From Thermoanaerobaculum sp. (GTDB taxonomy: Bacteria > Acidobacteriota > Thermoanaerobaculia > Thermoanaerobaculales > Thermoanaerobaculaceae), in assembly GCA_025060245.1 (NCBI GenBank), contig JANXCP010000001.1:244-64243 (forward strand): 64,000 bases of DNA. The letters run 5' to 3'. A model generated the notes under the pieces. That model was not told the DNA's origin. It saw only the letters and a list, made by a program, of their open reading frames with translations, and did not search any database. The position numbers were made by a program, and so were the translations under genes. Of this stretch, positions 55,095 to 64,000 are shown piece after piece (position 1 is the first letter of the stretch; every line of letters begins with the position of its first letter).

Positions 55095-56171
55095 CTATAC
55101 CCGCACCAGCCAGTGATGGGTGTCGGGGTGAGTGCCAAATTGGATGCCCGTGAGCAGCTCGCGCAGCCGCCGCGCCACGGGACCCTCGTTGCCGTCGCCC
55201 ACCTGGTACACCCGCTCGGATCCGTCGGGCAAGATGTCCACCAGCTCCCCTACTGGGGCCACCACGGCAGCGGTACCGCAGCCAAACACCTCGGTGCAAT
55301 CCCCGGACTGCAGCCCCTGGATGATCTCCTCAATGTGGATAGCCCGCTGGACAAATGGGATCCCAATTTCCTTACACAGGATCCCGATGCTCTCGCGTGT
55401 GACCCCTTCCAAAATGGTGCCCGAGGTGGGTGGCGTGGTCACGACCCCGTCCAACACGAACATGATGTTCATCGCCCCCACCTCTTCCACGTGGCGCCGT
55501 TCCACCGCATCTAACCACAGTGCTTCGGCACATCCGTGGTCCCGGGCCACCTTTCGCGCTAACAGGGAAGCGGCGTAGTTGCCGCCAGTTTTTGCCGCTC
55601 CTGTTCCTCCTGGGGCGGCCCGCACCCACTCCCGGGCGATCATGATGCGCAACGTCTTGCCCGCGGTACGGAAGTAGGGGCCGGTGGGGCCGGTGATGAT
55701 GAAATAGAGGTACTGGGTGGAGGGGCTCACACCTAGGCTTTCCTGGGTGGCGATCATGGTGGGGCGGATGTACAGCGCACCCGGAGCCGGGGGCACCCAG
55801 TCCCGGTCCACGGCCACTAGGGCCCGCATGGCCTCCAGCTGTACGGCTTCGGGAATTTCAGGCATGGACATGCGCCGCGCCGATCGGTTGAAACGGGCGG
55901 CATTGCGGTCGGGGCGGAACATGTGCACTGAGCCGTCGGGGTGCCGAAAGGCTTTGAGCCCTTCAAAGATCTCCTGACCGTAGTGTAGGACCATGGTGGC
56001 GGGGGAGAGGGAAAGGGGGCCAAAGGGCACGATGCGCGGGTTGTGCCATCCCTTTTCCTCGGTGTAGTCCATTAAGAACATGTTGGGCGAGAACGTCCGC
56101 CCAAAGGGCAAGTTGTTGGGGTCTAGGGGAAAGTCAGGGCTTCGCACGACGGAGCGATCGGTAATGTCCAT
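55095..56171 (-). CDS. ilvE: Branched-chain amino acid aminotransferase
   Basis: Class IV aminotransferase blocks are present (HYGQEIFEGLKAFR, YIRP, AKTGGNYAASL, LDGVVTTPP...ILEGVTR). I prefer the ATG at 56171 (MDITDRS) over the TTG at 56195. Confidence 0.9.
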   Translation of the reverse strand: MDITDRSVVRSPDFPLDPNNLPFGRTFSPNMFLMDYTEEKGWHNPRIVPFGPLSLSPATMVLHYGQEIFEGLKAFRHPDGSVHMFRPDRNAARFNRSARRMSMPEIPEAVQLEAMRALVAVDRDWVPPAPGALYIRPTMIATQESLGVSPSTQYLYFIITGPTGPYFRTAGKTLRIMIAREWVRAAPGGTGAAKTGGNYAASLLARKVARDHGCAEALWLDAVERRHVEEVGAMNIMFVLDGVVTTPPTSGTILEGVTRESIGILCKEIGIPFVQRAIHIEEIIQGLQSGDCTEVFGCGTAAVVAPVGELVDILPDGSERVYQVGDGNEGPVARRLRELLTGIQFGTHPDTHHWLVRV

Positions 56172-56273
56172 AGAGTTTCCCTTTCTGCCGGCCAAAGCCG
56201 GCGCGCGTGTTCGGCTGAAGAGGACAAGCCTGCCCCCCTGGCCACCGCCAGGGGGAGGGTGGCCGAGGCGCTT

Positions 56274-56981
56274 TTACGCCAGCCGCAGGTCTTGCCAAAG
56301 AAAGCCATTGCGGGCGATTTGTTCTCCCCGCACGATGTCAATGGGTTGGGAAAACCGACGGTGGGTTACGACAAAGGTGTGAAACTCGCCGTGCTCTCCC
56401 CCCGGGTCCACAGCGGGGGGCAAGGAACATGCAAAGCCCGTGCTGACACAGGTGCCCAAAAGGAATGCCAGGTCGGCTTGGCAACAGACAACGGTGGCTA
56501 CCCCCTTGCCTTCCCCGAACTCCTGCCACAGCCGTTGGGGGTCCTCACCCCACAGGGGGAAGTGAGCGGTAAGGCCTAGGAGGCCCACCAAGCGTTGGCG
56601 GAACTGCCGCACGTCGGCCAAGGCCACGTCGCCAAACACCACCCCCTCTACGCCCTCGCGGACCAGGGGTTCGAGGCTTGCCAGCCACACCCGCTCATAG
56701 GTGGTGTTCGGCACAAGCCCCGCTGGGCTTGCGTCCAGCGGGCAGAGGGGACAACCATCCTCGGCCGAAGGCGGTGGGAGGGTGACCTCCCAGTAAGGAA
56801 GGCCCAAGGCGTGGGCTTGCGCCTGAACCAGCTCCCGCCGCACCCCGTGCATGGTTACCCGGCCGAAGGGCTCCGAGACCGTGGTGAGGAGGCCGCACAC
56901 TTGGTGGCCCTCATCCCACGCCCGGAGCAGGGCAAGGAGGGAATCCTTGCCACCACTCCAGGAGACCACCAGGCGCGCCAT
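56274..56981 (-). CDS. PP-loop ATP pyrophosphatase, Dph6/MJ0570-like (ATP_bind_4 family)
   Basis: MARLVVSWSGGKDSLLAL contains the SGGKDS PP-loop. About 236 aa from the ATG at 56981. Confidence 0.7.
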   Translation of the reverse strand: MARLVVSWSGGKDSLLALLRAWDEGHQVCGLLTTVSEPFGRVTMHGVRRELVQAQAHALGLPYWEVTLPPPSAEDGCPLCPLDASPAGLVPNTTYERVWLASLEPLVREGVEGVVFGDVALADVRQFRQRLVGLLGLTAHFPLWGEDPQRLWQEFGEGKGVATVVCCQADLAFLLGTCVSTGFACSLPPAVDPGGEHGEFHTFVVTHRRFSQPIDIVRGEQIARNGFLWQDLRLA

Positions 56982-56997
56982 GGATCCCCCTGGTGGC

Positions 56998-57534
56998 TCA
57001 GACCGCCTGCGGTTGGGGCAGGTAGCGGGCGATGGCGGCAAAGGCAGCAAAGATGATCGCCGTGTAGGCCAGATCACCGAGCAAGCTCAAGCCGTAAAAG
57101 GGCAAAGCCGCCGCGTAACAAGCTACAAGCCCAGCGAACGTATGGGGGTACAGGGTGCCCCCTGCCCACACGGCAAAATTGGTTACCAGGTAGAACAGCG
57201 TGGACGCGGCCACGGAGGCCAGCGCCACCCGCCCGGCCTGTAACCCACGGGCGGCCAAGGAGCCGAGCACCACCACCAGCCCCAAGGCACCGTACACCGC
57301 CAGCATGTGTTGGTGGAATCCGGCACCGGTGAAAAGCTCCAGGAGGCCATCAGAGAGCAGCATGGAGGCCAGAGGGAGGAGCAAAGCGCGGGCCCGCAGG
57401 CCAAAGATTGCCCCCGAAAAAAGCGCCAATGCTGTCGCCGGTGCCACGTTCGGCGGGTGGGGAACCAGGCGCAACAGCGCTGCCAAAACGATCAAACCAG
57501 CCGCCACTGTCCACCGATTGAAAAACCGGCCCAT
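56998..57534 (-). CDS. Polytopic membrane protein of unknown function (DUF6580-like by memory)
   Basis: About 5-6 hydrophobic helices. The N-terminal motif is LRLVPHPPNVAPATALALFSG. GGGGAGGTG lies before the ATG at 57534. Confidence 0.5.
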   Translation of the reverse strand: MGRFFNRWTVAAGLIVLAALLRLVPHPPNVAPATALALFSGAIFGLRARALLLPLASMLLSDGLLELFTGAGFHQHMLAVYGALGLVVVLGSLAARGLQAGRVALASVAASTLFYLVTNFAVWAGGTLYPHTFAGLVACYAAALPFYGLSLLGDLAYTAIIFAAFAAIARYLPQPQAV

Positions 57535-57633
57535 GTGCACCTCCCCGCGGGCCAATCATAGCAAAGCCGCGAGGGCAATGGCAGCACACCACCTGCCCGG
57601 TCTAGCCAAGGTCGGACCTGTCAGAGGAGCTCC

Positions 57634-58389
57634 TCAGGCCGGGTTAGGGTAATCAAAGAACCGCACCTCAAGGCCAAACTTTTCCTCCAGGTGGGTGCCC
57701 AGGGCTTGCACGCCAAACCGCTCCGAGGCGTAGTGACCACAGGCCAGCACGTGGACCCCTTCCTCCTCGGCGCGGTGCATGAGCCACTCCTTGGGGTCGC
57801 CGGTGATCAGCGCGTCCAGGCCCGTTTCCACCGCTTCGTTCAGCGCCCCGCTCCCGCTGCCAGTGACAATGCCCACTGAGCTCACCCACTGACCCTGCGC
57901 CGGGAACACCAACGGTTCCTGGCCGGTGAGCAGCTGCAGGCGGCGAGCCAACTCGTCCAGGGGTTGGGGCCGGCCAAAGACTCCAGCCCAGCCCACCGTG
58001 AGGCCATGGAAAGTCCCAAATGGTTCTAATCCCTCCAGGCCTAGCTTGGTGGCCAATACGGCGGCGTTGCCCACTTCCGGGTGGCGGTCCAAAGGGAGGT
58101 GGTAAGCCAAAAGGTTGAGGTCATGGGCCAAGAGGGTGGCCAGGCGCCGGCGAACACTGCCGCAGATGGGTTCCACCTGCCCTTGCCAGAGGAGACCGTG
58201 GTGCACCAGGAGGGCCTCTGCTCCCCACCGTGCAGCCTCCTGGAAAAAACGGACACTGCAGGAAACCGCCGTGGCCAGGCGTGTGACCTGGCTTTTCCCC
58301 TCCACTTGCAGGCCGTTCAGGCTGGCGTCGGGGCACCCCTCCACGCCGAGGTACTCCTCCAAGTACGCCACCAGTTCGTCGCGATCCAT
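57634..58389 (-). CDS. Nif3-family dinuclear-metal-centre protein (YbgI-like)
   Basis: NGLQVEGKSQVTRLATAV...ALLVHHGLLW closely parallels E. coli YbgI (PNGLQVEGK...VIVHHGYFW). I trimmed to the ATG at 58389, because the longer track ORF crosses the divergent cinA promoter region. Confidence 0.85.
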   Translation of the reverse strand: MDRDELVAYLEEYLGVEGCPDASLNGLQVEGKSQVTRLATAVSCSVRFFQEAARWGAEALLVHHGLLWQGQVEPICGSVRRRLATLLAHDLNLLAYHLPLDRHPEVGNAAVLATKLGLEGLEPFGTFHGLTVGWAGVFGRPQPLDELARRLQLLTGQEPLVFPAQGQWVSSVGIVTGSGSGALNEAVETGLDALITGDPKEWLMHRAEEEGVHVLACGHYASERFGVQALGTHLEEKFGLEVRFFDYPNPA

Positions 58390-58467
58390 AGGGGGATTCT
58401 GCACCCCTGGGGCAAGGGGGACAAGTCTCTGGGAAGGGGTGGGAGGCCTTCGTCTAGAATCTCCGCC

Positions 58468-59688
58468 ATGGGCCACTTCGTTCGGGCGGCCTTTGTGGCG
58501 GTGGGGAGTGAGCTCTTGCGCACACCGCGCTTGGACACCAACTCCTTGCGGGTGGGGGAAAAGCTTGCGGGGCGCGGGGTGGTGCTGGTGGAGAAGCGCT
58601 GCGTCCCAGACGAGGTGGCGGCCATCGCCAGGGCGGTGGAGGAGTTGTTGGCGCGCGCCGACTTGGTCTTGTTGTCCGGCGGGCTGGGGCCCACGGCCGA
58701 TGACGTGACCCGGGAAGGGGTGGCGCAGGCCCTGGGCCGAAAGTTGACCCTGGACGAGGGTATCCTCGGGCAACTGGAGGATCGTTACCGCCGCCTGGGT
58801 CGCACCATGCCCAGCATCGCCCGCCGCATGGCCTACGTTTTAGAAGGTGCGGACGTTCTGGCAAACCCCCGGGGCACCGCGCCGGGTCTCTGGCTGTCGC
58901 TGGGCTCCCAGGCGGTGGTGCTCTTGCCGGGCGTTCCCGAGGAGCTGGATACCATCCTCACCCTTCACGTGCTGCCGAGGGTAACCGGCCGGCCGTTCCT
59001 GGTGCGCACGCTGCGGGTGGCAGGGCGCTTTGAGTCGGAGGTGGAGCAGCGGGTGGCACCCCTGTACCCTCGCTTTGGGCGGGAGAAGATCACCATTTTG
59101 GCCAGTCGGGGCACGGTGGACCTGGTGCTGGGTGCCGAAACCCCCGAGGAGTTGGCGCAAATGGACCAAGCCTTTAGCGAGGTGTTGCAGGATGACCTCT
59201 TTGGCCGGGATGAGGCGACGTTAGCCCAGGTGGTTCTGGAGGCGTTGAAGGAGCGCCGTTGGTTGCTGGCCACCGCCGAGTCCTGCACGGGTGGGCTGGT
59301 GGGCTCGCTGTTGACCCAGGTGCCGGGAGCCAGTGAAGCCTACCTCGGGGGTGTGGTGTGCTACGCCAATTCCCTCAAGGCGCGTCTGGTGGGGGTGCCG
59401 GAGGATCTGTTAACCACGTACGGGGCGGTGAGTCGGCAGGTGGCGGAGGCATTGGCCCTGGGTGCCCGTCGTCTGGGGGCCCAGTGTGGCTTAGCCATCA
59501 CCGGGATTGCCGGGCCGGGCGGGGGAAGCGCGGAAAAGCCGGTGGGTACGGTGCACATGGCGGTGGCCACGCCCCACCACGTGGAACACCGCCTGTACCG
59601 CTTTGGCGGCAGTCGTCAAACGGTGCGCGAGCTGGCGGCCAACTTCGCTTTGGACTTGCTGCGGCGCACCCTCAAGGGGGCCCCATGA
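58468..59688 (+). CDS. cinA: CinA-family protein (MoCF-binding domain plus nicotinamide-nucleotide amidase PncC domain)
   Basis: AAFVAVGSELL.....DTNS...LVLLSGGLGPTADDVTREGV at the N-terminus. AESCTGGL...GAS and the GIAGPGGG motif at the C-terminus. Confidence 0.9.
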   Translation: MGHFVRAAFVAVGSELLRTPRLDTNSLRVGEKLAGRGVVLVEKRCVPDEVAAIARAVEELLARADLVLLSGGLGPTADDVTREGVAQALGRKLTLDEGILGQLEDRYRRLGRTMPSIARRMAYVLEGADVLANPRGTAPGLWLSLGSQAVVLLPGVPEELDTILTLHVLPRVTGRPFLVRTLRVAGRFESEVEQRVAPLYPRFGREKITILASRGTVDLVLGAETPEELAQMDQAFSEVLQDDLFGRDEATLAQVVLEALKERRWLLATAESCTGGLVGSLLTQVPGASEAYLGGVVCYANSLKARLVGVPEDLLTTYGAVSRQVAEALALGARRLGAQCGLAITGIAGPGGGSAEKPVGTVHMAVATPHHVEHRLYRFGGSRQTVRELAANFALDLLRRTLKGAP

Positions 59689-60245
59689 GGTGCTTTTTGG
59701 CCGTGGAGCTTCCCCGCCCGTTGCGGGATAGTCTGGCAACCGCCATATCCCGGCTGCAGGGCCAGCTTCCCCCAGCGCGCTGGGTGAAAGCCGAAGGGCT
59801 CCACATCACCTTGAAGTTTCTGGGAGAGCAGGGGGAAAGGGAGGTGGCGGCACTGGTCAGCCACTTGGAGCGGGGTCTTAAGGGGGTTGTGTTCCCAGTG
59901 ACGGTGAGCTTGCAGGGAGGGGGTTTTTTCCCCGACTCCAGCCGGCCGCGCGTGGCGTGGATTGGGGGTGCGGCACCCGGGCTGGAAAGCTGGGCAGCGG
60001 CGGCGGAGGAGGCCGCTCAGGCCATCGGCGTGCCGCGCGAGTCGCGTCCCTTTTCCCTGCACGTGACCCTAGCCCGTCTTGAACGGTCGTGGCCCGCGGC
60101 CGCCTGCGAACGTTTCCTCGGCGAACTCAGCTCCCTCGCCCTGCCCCCATTTCCGGCGGGGGAAGTGGTACTGTTTTCCAGCACGCTACGTCCAGGGGGA
60201 GCCGTCTACACTCCCCAACTCCGTTTGCCCGTGGGGGGAAGGTGA
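59685..60245 (+). CDS. thpR: RNA 2',3'-cyclic phosphodiesterase (2'-5' RNA ligase family, ThpR/LigT)
   Basis: Two HxT/S motifs (LHITLKFLG and LHVTLARL). It has an ATGA overlap with cinA. Confidence 0.8.
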   Translation: MRCFLAVELPRPLRDSLATAISRLQGQLPPARWVKAEGLHITLKFLGEQGEREVAALVSHLERGLKGVVFPVTVSLQGGGFFPDSSRPRVAWIGGAAPGLESWAAAAEEAAQAIGVPRESRPFSLHVTLARLERSWPAAACERFLGELSSLALPPFPAGEVVLFSSTLRPGGAVYTPQLRLPVGGR

Positions 60246-60832
60246 GGTTTGTTCTGGTTGCTGCCGCCTACCTCCTGGGCTCCATTCCCTTTGCCTTTGT
60301 TCTGGTGCGCCTGCGGACTGGGTTGGACCTTCGCCACCAGGGCTCGGGGACAGTGGGGGCGACGAATACCGGCAGGGTCTTGGGACTGGGGTGGGCCCTG
60401 GTGGTCATGGTGCTGGACGTGGGCAAGGGGCTTGTTGCCGTTTGGTTGGCCACCCAGCTTTCGGCTAACCCGGCCTGGCACACAGCCGCTGCCCTGGCGG
60501 CGGTGGCGGGTCACTGCTGGCCGGTGTGGCTTTCCTTTCACGGAGGCAAGGGCCTAGCCACCAGCGCTGGCGCGCTGCTGGTTTTGTCCCCGGAAACTTT
60601 GGCACTGGTGGGGGTGCTTTGGTTGGTGATTTTTGCTTGCCTCCGTCGGGTGGTGGTGGCTTCATCCGTGGCCACCGCCCTTATGCCCGTGGCCTTCGGG
60701 TGGCTGGAGCAGCCCAGCTTGGGGTCGGCGCTACCGGTGGTGGCGTGGAGCTTGGTGGTCCTGGCCAAGCACCTGTCGGACTTGCGCCGTTTGGTGCAGG
60801 GAGCGCCCGCCGGTGGGGGAGGAACGGAGTGA
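60242..60832 (+). CDS. plsY: Glycerol-3-phosphate acyltransferase PlsY
   Basis: AYLLGSIPFAFVLV....D.R..GSGTVGATNTGRVLG and HCWPVWLSFHGGKG. It has a GTGA overlap with thpR. Confidence 0.9.
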   Translation: MRFVLVAAAYLLGSIPFAFVLVRLRTGLDLRHQGSGTVGATNTGRVLGLGWALVVMVLDVGKGLVAVWLATQLSANPAWHTAAALAAVAGHCWPVWLSFHGGKGLATSAGALLVLSPETLALVGVLWLVIFACLRRVVVASSVATALMPVAFGWLEQPSLGSALPVVAWSLVVLAKHLSDLRRLVQGAPAGGGGTE

Positions 60833-61824
60833 GGGTTGCCATCGTTGGCGCCGGGTCCTGGGGTACAGCCCTGGCCATTCACGCCGCCCGTGCCGGCCAC
60901 CAGGTGATGTTGTGGGCGCGGGAGCCCGAGGTGGTGGAGGGAATTTGTCGGCAGCGGCGCAACCCCCTTTTTCTCTCAGATTTTCTTTTGCCCGAAGGGG
61001 TGGGGGCGACGGCCGATTTGGCGGAGGCGGTGGCCAGGGCAGAGGTGGTGGTGTTTGTGGTGCCCGTGCAATTTGCCCGCGGGGTGGTGCGGCAGCTGCG
61101 CGGGTTGCTGAAGGACGACGTCACCTTCGTTTCCGCCAGCAAGGGGATTGAGGTGGCCACTTTGTCGCGCATGGATGAGCTGGTGGCCCAGGAGCTGGCC
61201 CTGCCCATGGAGCGGTTTGTGGCCCTATCGGGCCCCACCTTTGCCCAGGAGGTGGCCCGAGGTTTGCCGGCGGCAGCGGTGCTAGCGGGGCATTCTGTAG
61301 ACCGGCTGGAGTATCTCCAACGGGCCTTTTCCACTCCCCAGTTCCGTTTGTACCGCTGTCAGGATGTGGTGGGGGTGGAGCTGGCGGGGGCACTGAAAAA
61401 CGTGGTGGCCATTGCCGCCGGGATGGCCACCGGCTTGGGTTTGGGGCACAACGCCCTGGCGGCGCTCCTCACCCGTGGTTTGCATGAGATGGCTCGCCTG
61501 GGTGTGCGGTTAGGGGGAAGGCCGGAGACCTTTCGCGGCTTGGCCGGCATGGGGGATCTGGTGCTTACCTGTACCGGTTCGCTTTCTCGCAATCGTGCCG
61601 TCGGGGAGCGTTTGGGGCGCGGGGAACCTTTGGACCAGGTCCTGGCTGGGAGGGAGGTGGCAGAAGGGGTTCCCACGGCCAAGGCGGCGGCGGAACTGGC
61701 CCGGCGGTGGGAGGTGGAGATGCCCATCACCTTGGCCGTGGAGGCGATCTTGGCCCAACGGTGGTCCCCCAGGGACGCGGTCACAGCCCTTATGACCCGC
61801 AGCTTGAAAGAGGAGCTGGAATAA
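60829..61824 (+). CDS. gpsA: NAD(P)H-dependent glycerol-3-phosphate dehydrogenase
   Basis: VAIVGAGSWGTALA, GALKNVVAIAAG and GDLVLTCTGSLSRNR. It has a GTGA overlap with plsY. Confidence 0.9.
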   Translation: MRVAIVGAGSWGTALAIHAARAGHQVMLWAREPEVVEGICRQRRNPLFLSDFLLPEGVGATADLAEAVARAEVVVFVVPVQFARGVVRQLRGLLKDDVTFVSASKGIEVATLSRMDELVAQELALPMERFVALSGPTFAQEVARGLPAAAVLAGHSVDRLEYLQRAFSTPQFRLYRCQDVVGVELAGALKNVVAIAAGMATGLGLGHNALAALLTRGLHEMARLGVRLGGRPETFRGLAGMGDLVLTCTGSLSRNRAVGERLGRGEPLDQVLAGREVAEGVPTAKAAAELARRWEVEMPITLAVEAILAQRWSPRDAVTALMTRSLKEELE

Positions 61825-62749
61825 GACGTTCTTTCACCGGAAAGGGCACCCCATGGTTGCTGCAGAATGCAACCAACTCGGGTGGCAAAGGCGCGTTGAG
61901 CTGGAGGGTTTGCCCGCTTTTGGGGTGGGAAAAGGTGAGCCCCGCAGCGTGGAGCATGGGTCGGGGAGCCGGGAGGGGTGAGCCGTAGAGGCTATCGCCA
62001 GCAATGGGACAGCCAATGGAGGCCAGGTGAACGCGAATTTGGTGCGTTCTTCCTGTAATGGGTTGTACTTCCACCAGGGCTGCCTCACGCCCTTGGGCCA
62101 GCAGGCGCACATAAGTTAGGGCTTTCCTGCCCTGCTTGGCGATGTGGAAGCGCCCTGCCACCAAGGGGTCCGGGGCAATGGGGGCGTTGATGCGCATGTG
62201 GCTCGGAGGTGTGCCGGTGACCACGGCCACGTAACGCTTTTCCACCTCGGTGCTGGCGAACTGCCGCGACAGCGCCCCTGCCGCATCGTGGTGTTTGGCA
62301 AACAGCAGTAAGCCGGAGGCCACCCGGTCCAAGCGGTGCACCAGCAAGAGCTCCATGCGGTGGCCTTCGCGAAACGACAGCTGCAGGCACAGGTGCTCCA
62401 GGGCGGACAGCTCCCCCACGCGTTGCTGCGGCGCTGGTTGGCTGAGCATTCCGCCGGGCTTGTCAATTACCACAAACCACCCGTCCTCAAACACGATGGG
62501 AAGCGGGGGCGGTAGGGCCGGTGGCGGCTGGAGACCTGGCCCTGACCACAGCAGGTCCAACACATCTCCCAGGCGCAACGGGCGAGCGGCCACGCGGCAG
62601 GGTTTGCCGTTGAGCCAAACCAAGCCCTGGGGCAAGAGCTCCTTGACTTTGCGGCGAGAAAGGCCGGTCAGTGCGGCCAAGCCTTGATCCAAGCGCTGGT
62701 TCGCGAAGGGGGGCGTGACCAGGTAGCGGGTAAGCCGCGCCTCAGGCAA
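61790..62749 (-). CDS. RluA-family pseudouridine synthase with an N-terminal S4 domain (RluD/RluC-like)
   Basis: S4-like N-terminus (RLDQGLAALTGLSRRKVKELL..GLVWLNGK). Catalytic motif HRLDRVASGLLLFAK. Its 3' end overlaps convergent gpsA by 35 nt. Confidence 0.85.
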   Translation of the reverse strand: MPEARLTRYLVTPPFANQRLDQGLAALTGLSRRKVKELLPQGLVWLNGKPCRVAARPLRLGDVLDLLWSGPGLQPPPALPPPLPIVFEDGWFVVIDKPGGMLSQPAPQQRVGELSALEHLCLQLSFREGHRMELLLVHRLDRVASGLLLFAKHHDAAGALSRQFASTEVEKRYVAVVTGTPPSHMRINAPIAPDPLVAGRFHIAKQGRKALTYVRLLAQGREAALVEVQPITGRTHQIRVHLASIGCPIAGDSLYGSPLPAPRPMLHAAGLTFSHPKSGQTLQLNAPLPPELVAFCSNHGVPFPVKERLIPAPLSSCGS

Positions 62750-63662
62750 CGGGAGCCTCCCGGGGCAAACAAACCACCACGCTGGTGCCCGTAGGCGACG
62801 TTTGGATCTTCAGCGAACCCCCGTGGGCTTCAACCATTTTCTTGGCAATGGGCAGGCCCAGGCCCAGCCCGTGGGGGCGGCGGATGGCCAAGGGGAAGAA
62901 GAGCCGCTCCAAGGCCTTCGGGGGAAAGCCGGGGCCGCGATCTGAGATGCCAATGCTCACCTGCTCACCCTCGCCCCGCACCCAGACAAGCACCTCTCCA
63001 GCCGGCGGGCTTGCCTTGAGGGCGTTATCCAGGAGTGCGGCTAGGGCAACCGTCAGGAGGTGCGGGTCCCACCGTGCCACGCCCGCTTCACCATGCACCT
63101 CTAGGCGAAAACTGGGCGGTGCTTGGTCCGGCGGAGAGGCGCGGTGCGCTTCCCGGACGGTTTCGCGGATGAACAGCTCCACGTTGAGCGGCACGGGAGC
63201 CAACCGTGGTTTGCGCCCGTACAGCAGCAACCGCTCCAAGTACGCCTGGACCTTCCCCAGTTGGGCCAAGATCACGTCCAGGTGCTGCTTGGCCTCGCCC
63301 GCCTGACGCGCGGCAATTTCCGCCTGTAGACTCACGGTGAAGGTAAGGTTCCGCAGGTCGTGGGCAATATGGTTGACCAGCTCCTCCATGAACTCCGAAC
63401 AAAGCTCCACCGCCCACCCCTCCCTTACAGCCAAGAGCCAGGGGGAGTCGGGCACAGGAAACAGGCGCACGGACGCAGAAAGATCTTCCCCGGTAAGGCT
63501 GACCAAAAAACCCTGCGGCACGGGTGAAGGAATCGCTGGTTGGCAGCGCACTTCCACCGCGGGTTCGGAGGGACGGAGCAGCGTGAGCGTGTCCGGCCGA
63601 ACGGTTCGCACCCACCATGGATGGGGAACCGTACAGGAGGAGCGGGATTCCATCGTAGCCAT
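62742..63662 (-). CDS. Soluble sensor histidine kinase (HisKA plus HATPase_c)
   Basis: H-box ELVNHIAHDLRNLTFTV. The N-box region is LLDNALKAS. G-boxes are DRGPGFP and GLGLGLPIAKKMVEAHGG. There is no obvious TM segment. It overlaps the rluD-like start by 8 nt. Confidence 0.8.
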   Translation of the reverse strand: MATMESRSSCTVPHPWWVRTVRPDTLTLLRPSEPAVEVRCQPAIPSPVPQGFLVSLTGEDLSASVRLFPVPDSPWLLAVREGWAVELCSEFMEELVNHIAHDLRNLTFTVSLQAEIAARQAGEAKQHLDVILAQLGKVQAYLERLLLYGRKPRLAPVPLNVELFIRETVREAHRASPPDQAPPSFRLEVHGEAGVARWDPHLLTVALAALLDNALKASPPAGEVLVWVRGEGEQVSIGISDRGPGFPPKALERLFFPLAIRRPHGLGLGLPIAKKMVEAHGGSLKIQTSPTGTSVVVCLPREAPVA

Positions 63663-63723
63663 TGTAATGCCGCAAGCTCAGCCTTACCAGGGCCTTTGCT
63701 AAACTGCCCCGGGGGTTGAGCTG

Positions 63724-64000
63724 GTGTTCGAGGCCATCGGCGAACGGTTGCAAAAGGTCCTGAAGAGCTTGCGCGGAGAGGGTCATATTACCGAGCGACA
63801 CCTGGATGAGGCCATGGGTGAGATCCGCCGAGCCCTTTTGGCGGCCGATGTGGCCTTACCGGTGGTGAAGGATTTTGTCAGCCGGGTGCGGGAAAAGTCC
63901 CTGGGACAGGAGGTCTTGGGCTCTCTCCGCCCCGGTCAGCAAATCACCAAGGTGGTATACGAGGAGCTCACCAGCCTCTTGGGTGGCCAGGCAAGGCCTT
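63724..64000 (+). CDS. ffh: Signal recognition particle protein Ffh, N-terminal fragment (runs off the window)
   Basis: Absent from the ORF track because it is open-ended. The GTG at 63724 is the first start after an in-frame TAA at 63700. The translation VFEAIGERLQKVLKSLRGEGHITERHLDEAMGEIRRALLAADVALPVVKDFV... is the canonical Ffh N-domain. Confidence 0.9.
   Translation, partial: MFEAIGERLQKVLKSLRGEGHITERHLDEAMGEIRRALLAADVALPVVKDFVSRVREKSLGQEVLGSLRPGQQITKVVYEELTSLLGGQARP

Overview
This is a GC-rich, densely packed chromosomal segment. It appears to come from a diderm bacterium, because it encodes Skp/OmpH, a TonB-dependent receptor and usher-type outer-membrane proteins, and it uses GGAGG-type ribosome-binding sites (RBSs). 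I cannot verify the taxonomy from the sequence alone. I support about 52 protein-coding genes, and many have ATGA or GTGA start/stop overlaps.

The backbone is housekeeping: groES-groEL behind a CIRCE operator, efp, ahcY, ilvE, cinA-thpR-plsY-gpsA, ffh (partial), holC, bcp, skp, thymidine phosphorylase, an ABC-F ATPase, NDH-2 and an acyl-CoA dehydrogenase. Interspersed is an unusually large secretome:
- an M2-like peptidase
- a secreted M16 pair
- a 919-aa S8 protease
- an M6/InhA-like protease
- two large exoproteins
- an alkaline phosphatase
- a small glycan-synthesis cluster

I saw no rRNA, tRNA, CRISPR array, transposase or integrase.

The best candidate for something new is at 22.45-27.15 kb. 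It is a four-gene subunit / subunit / PapD-like chaperone / usher-like outer-membrane-protein operon. Its subunits match no pilin family I recognise. A textbook-spaced sigma54 -24/-12 element with an upstream palindrome precedes it.

Other items worth a second look:
- An MtrA-like corrinoid-domain/DUF4346 gene is split by a single in-frame TGA and carries a Cys-rich N-terminal module.
- An EF-P has the conserved KPGKG tip replaced by HGGGG, so it has no Lys/Arg to modify.
- A Memo-AMMECR1 fusion is translationally coupled to a sodium:solute symporter and a PhoA-type phosphatase.
- A proprotein-convertase P-domain sits on a protein that has no protease domain.

All family assignments come from motif recognition by eye. 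No database search was possible.
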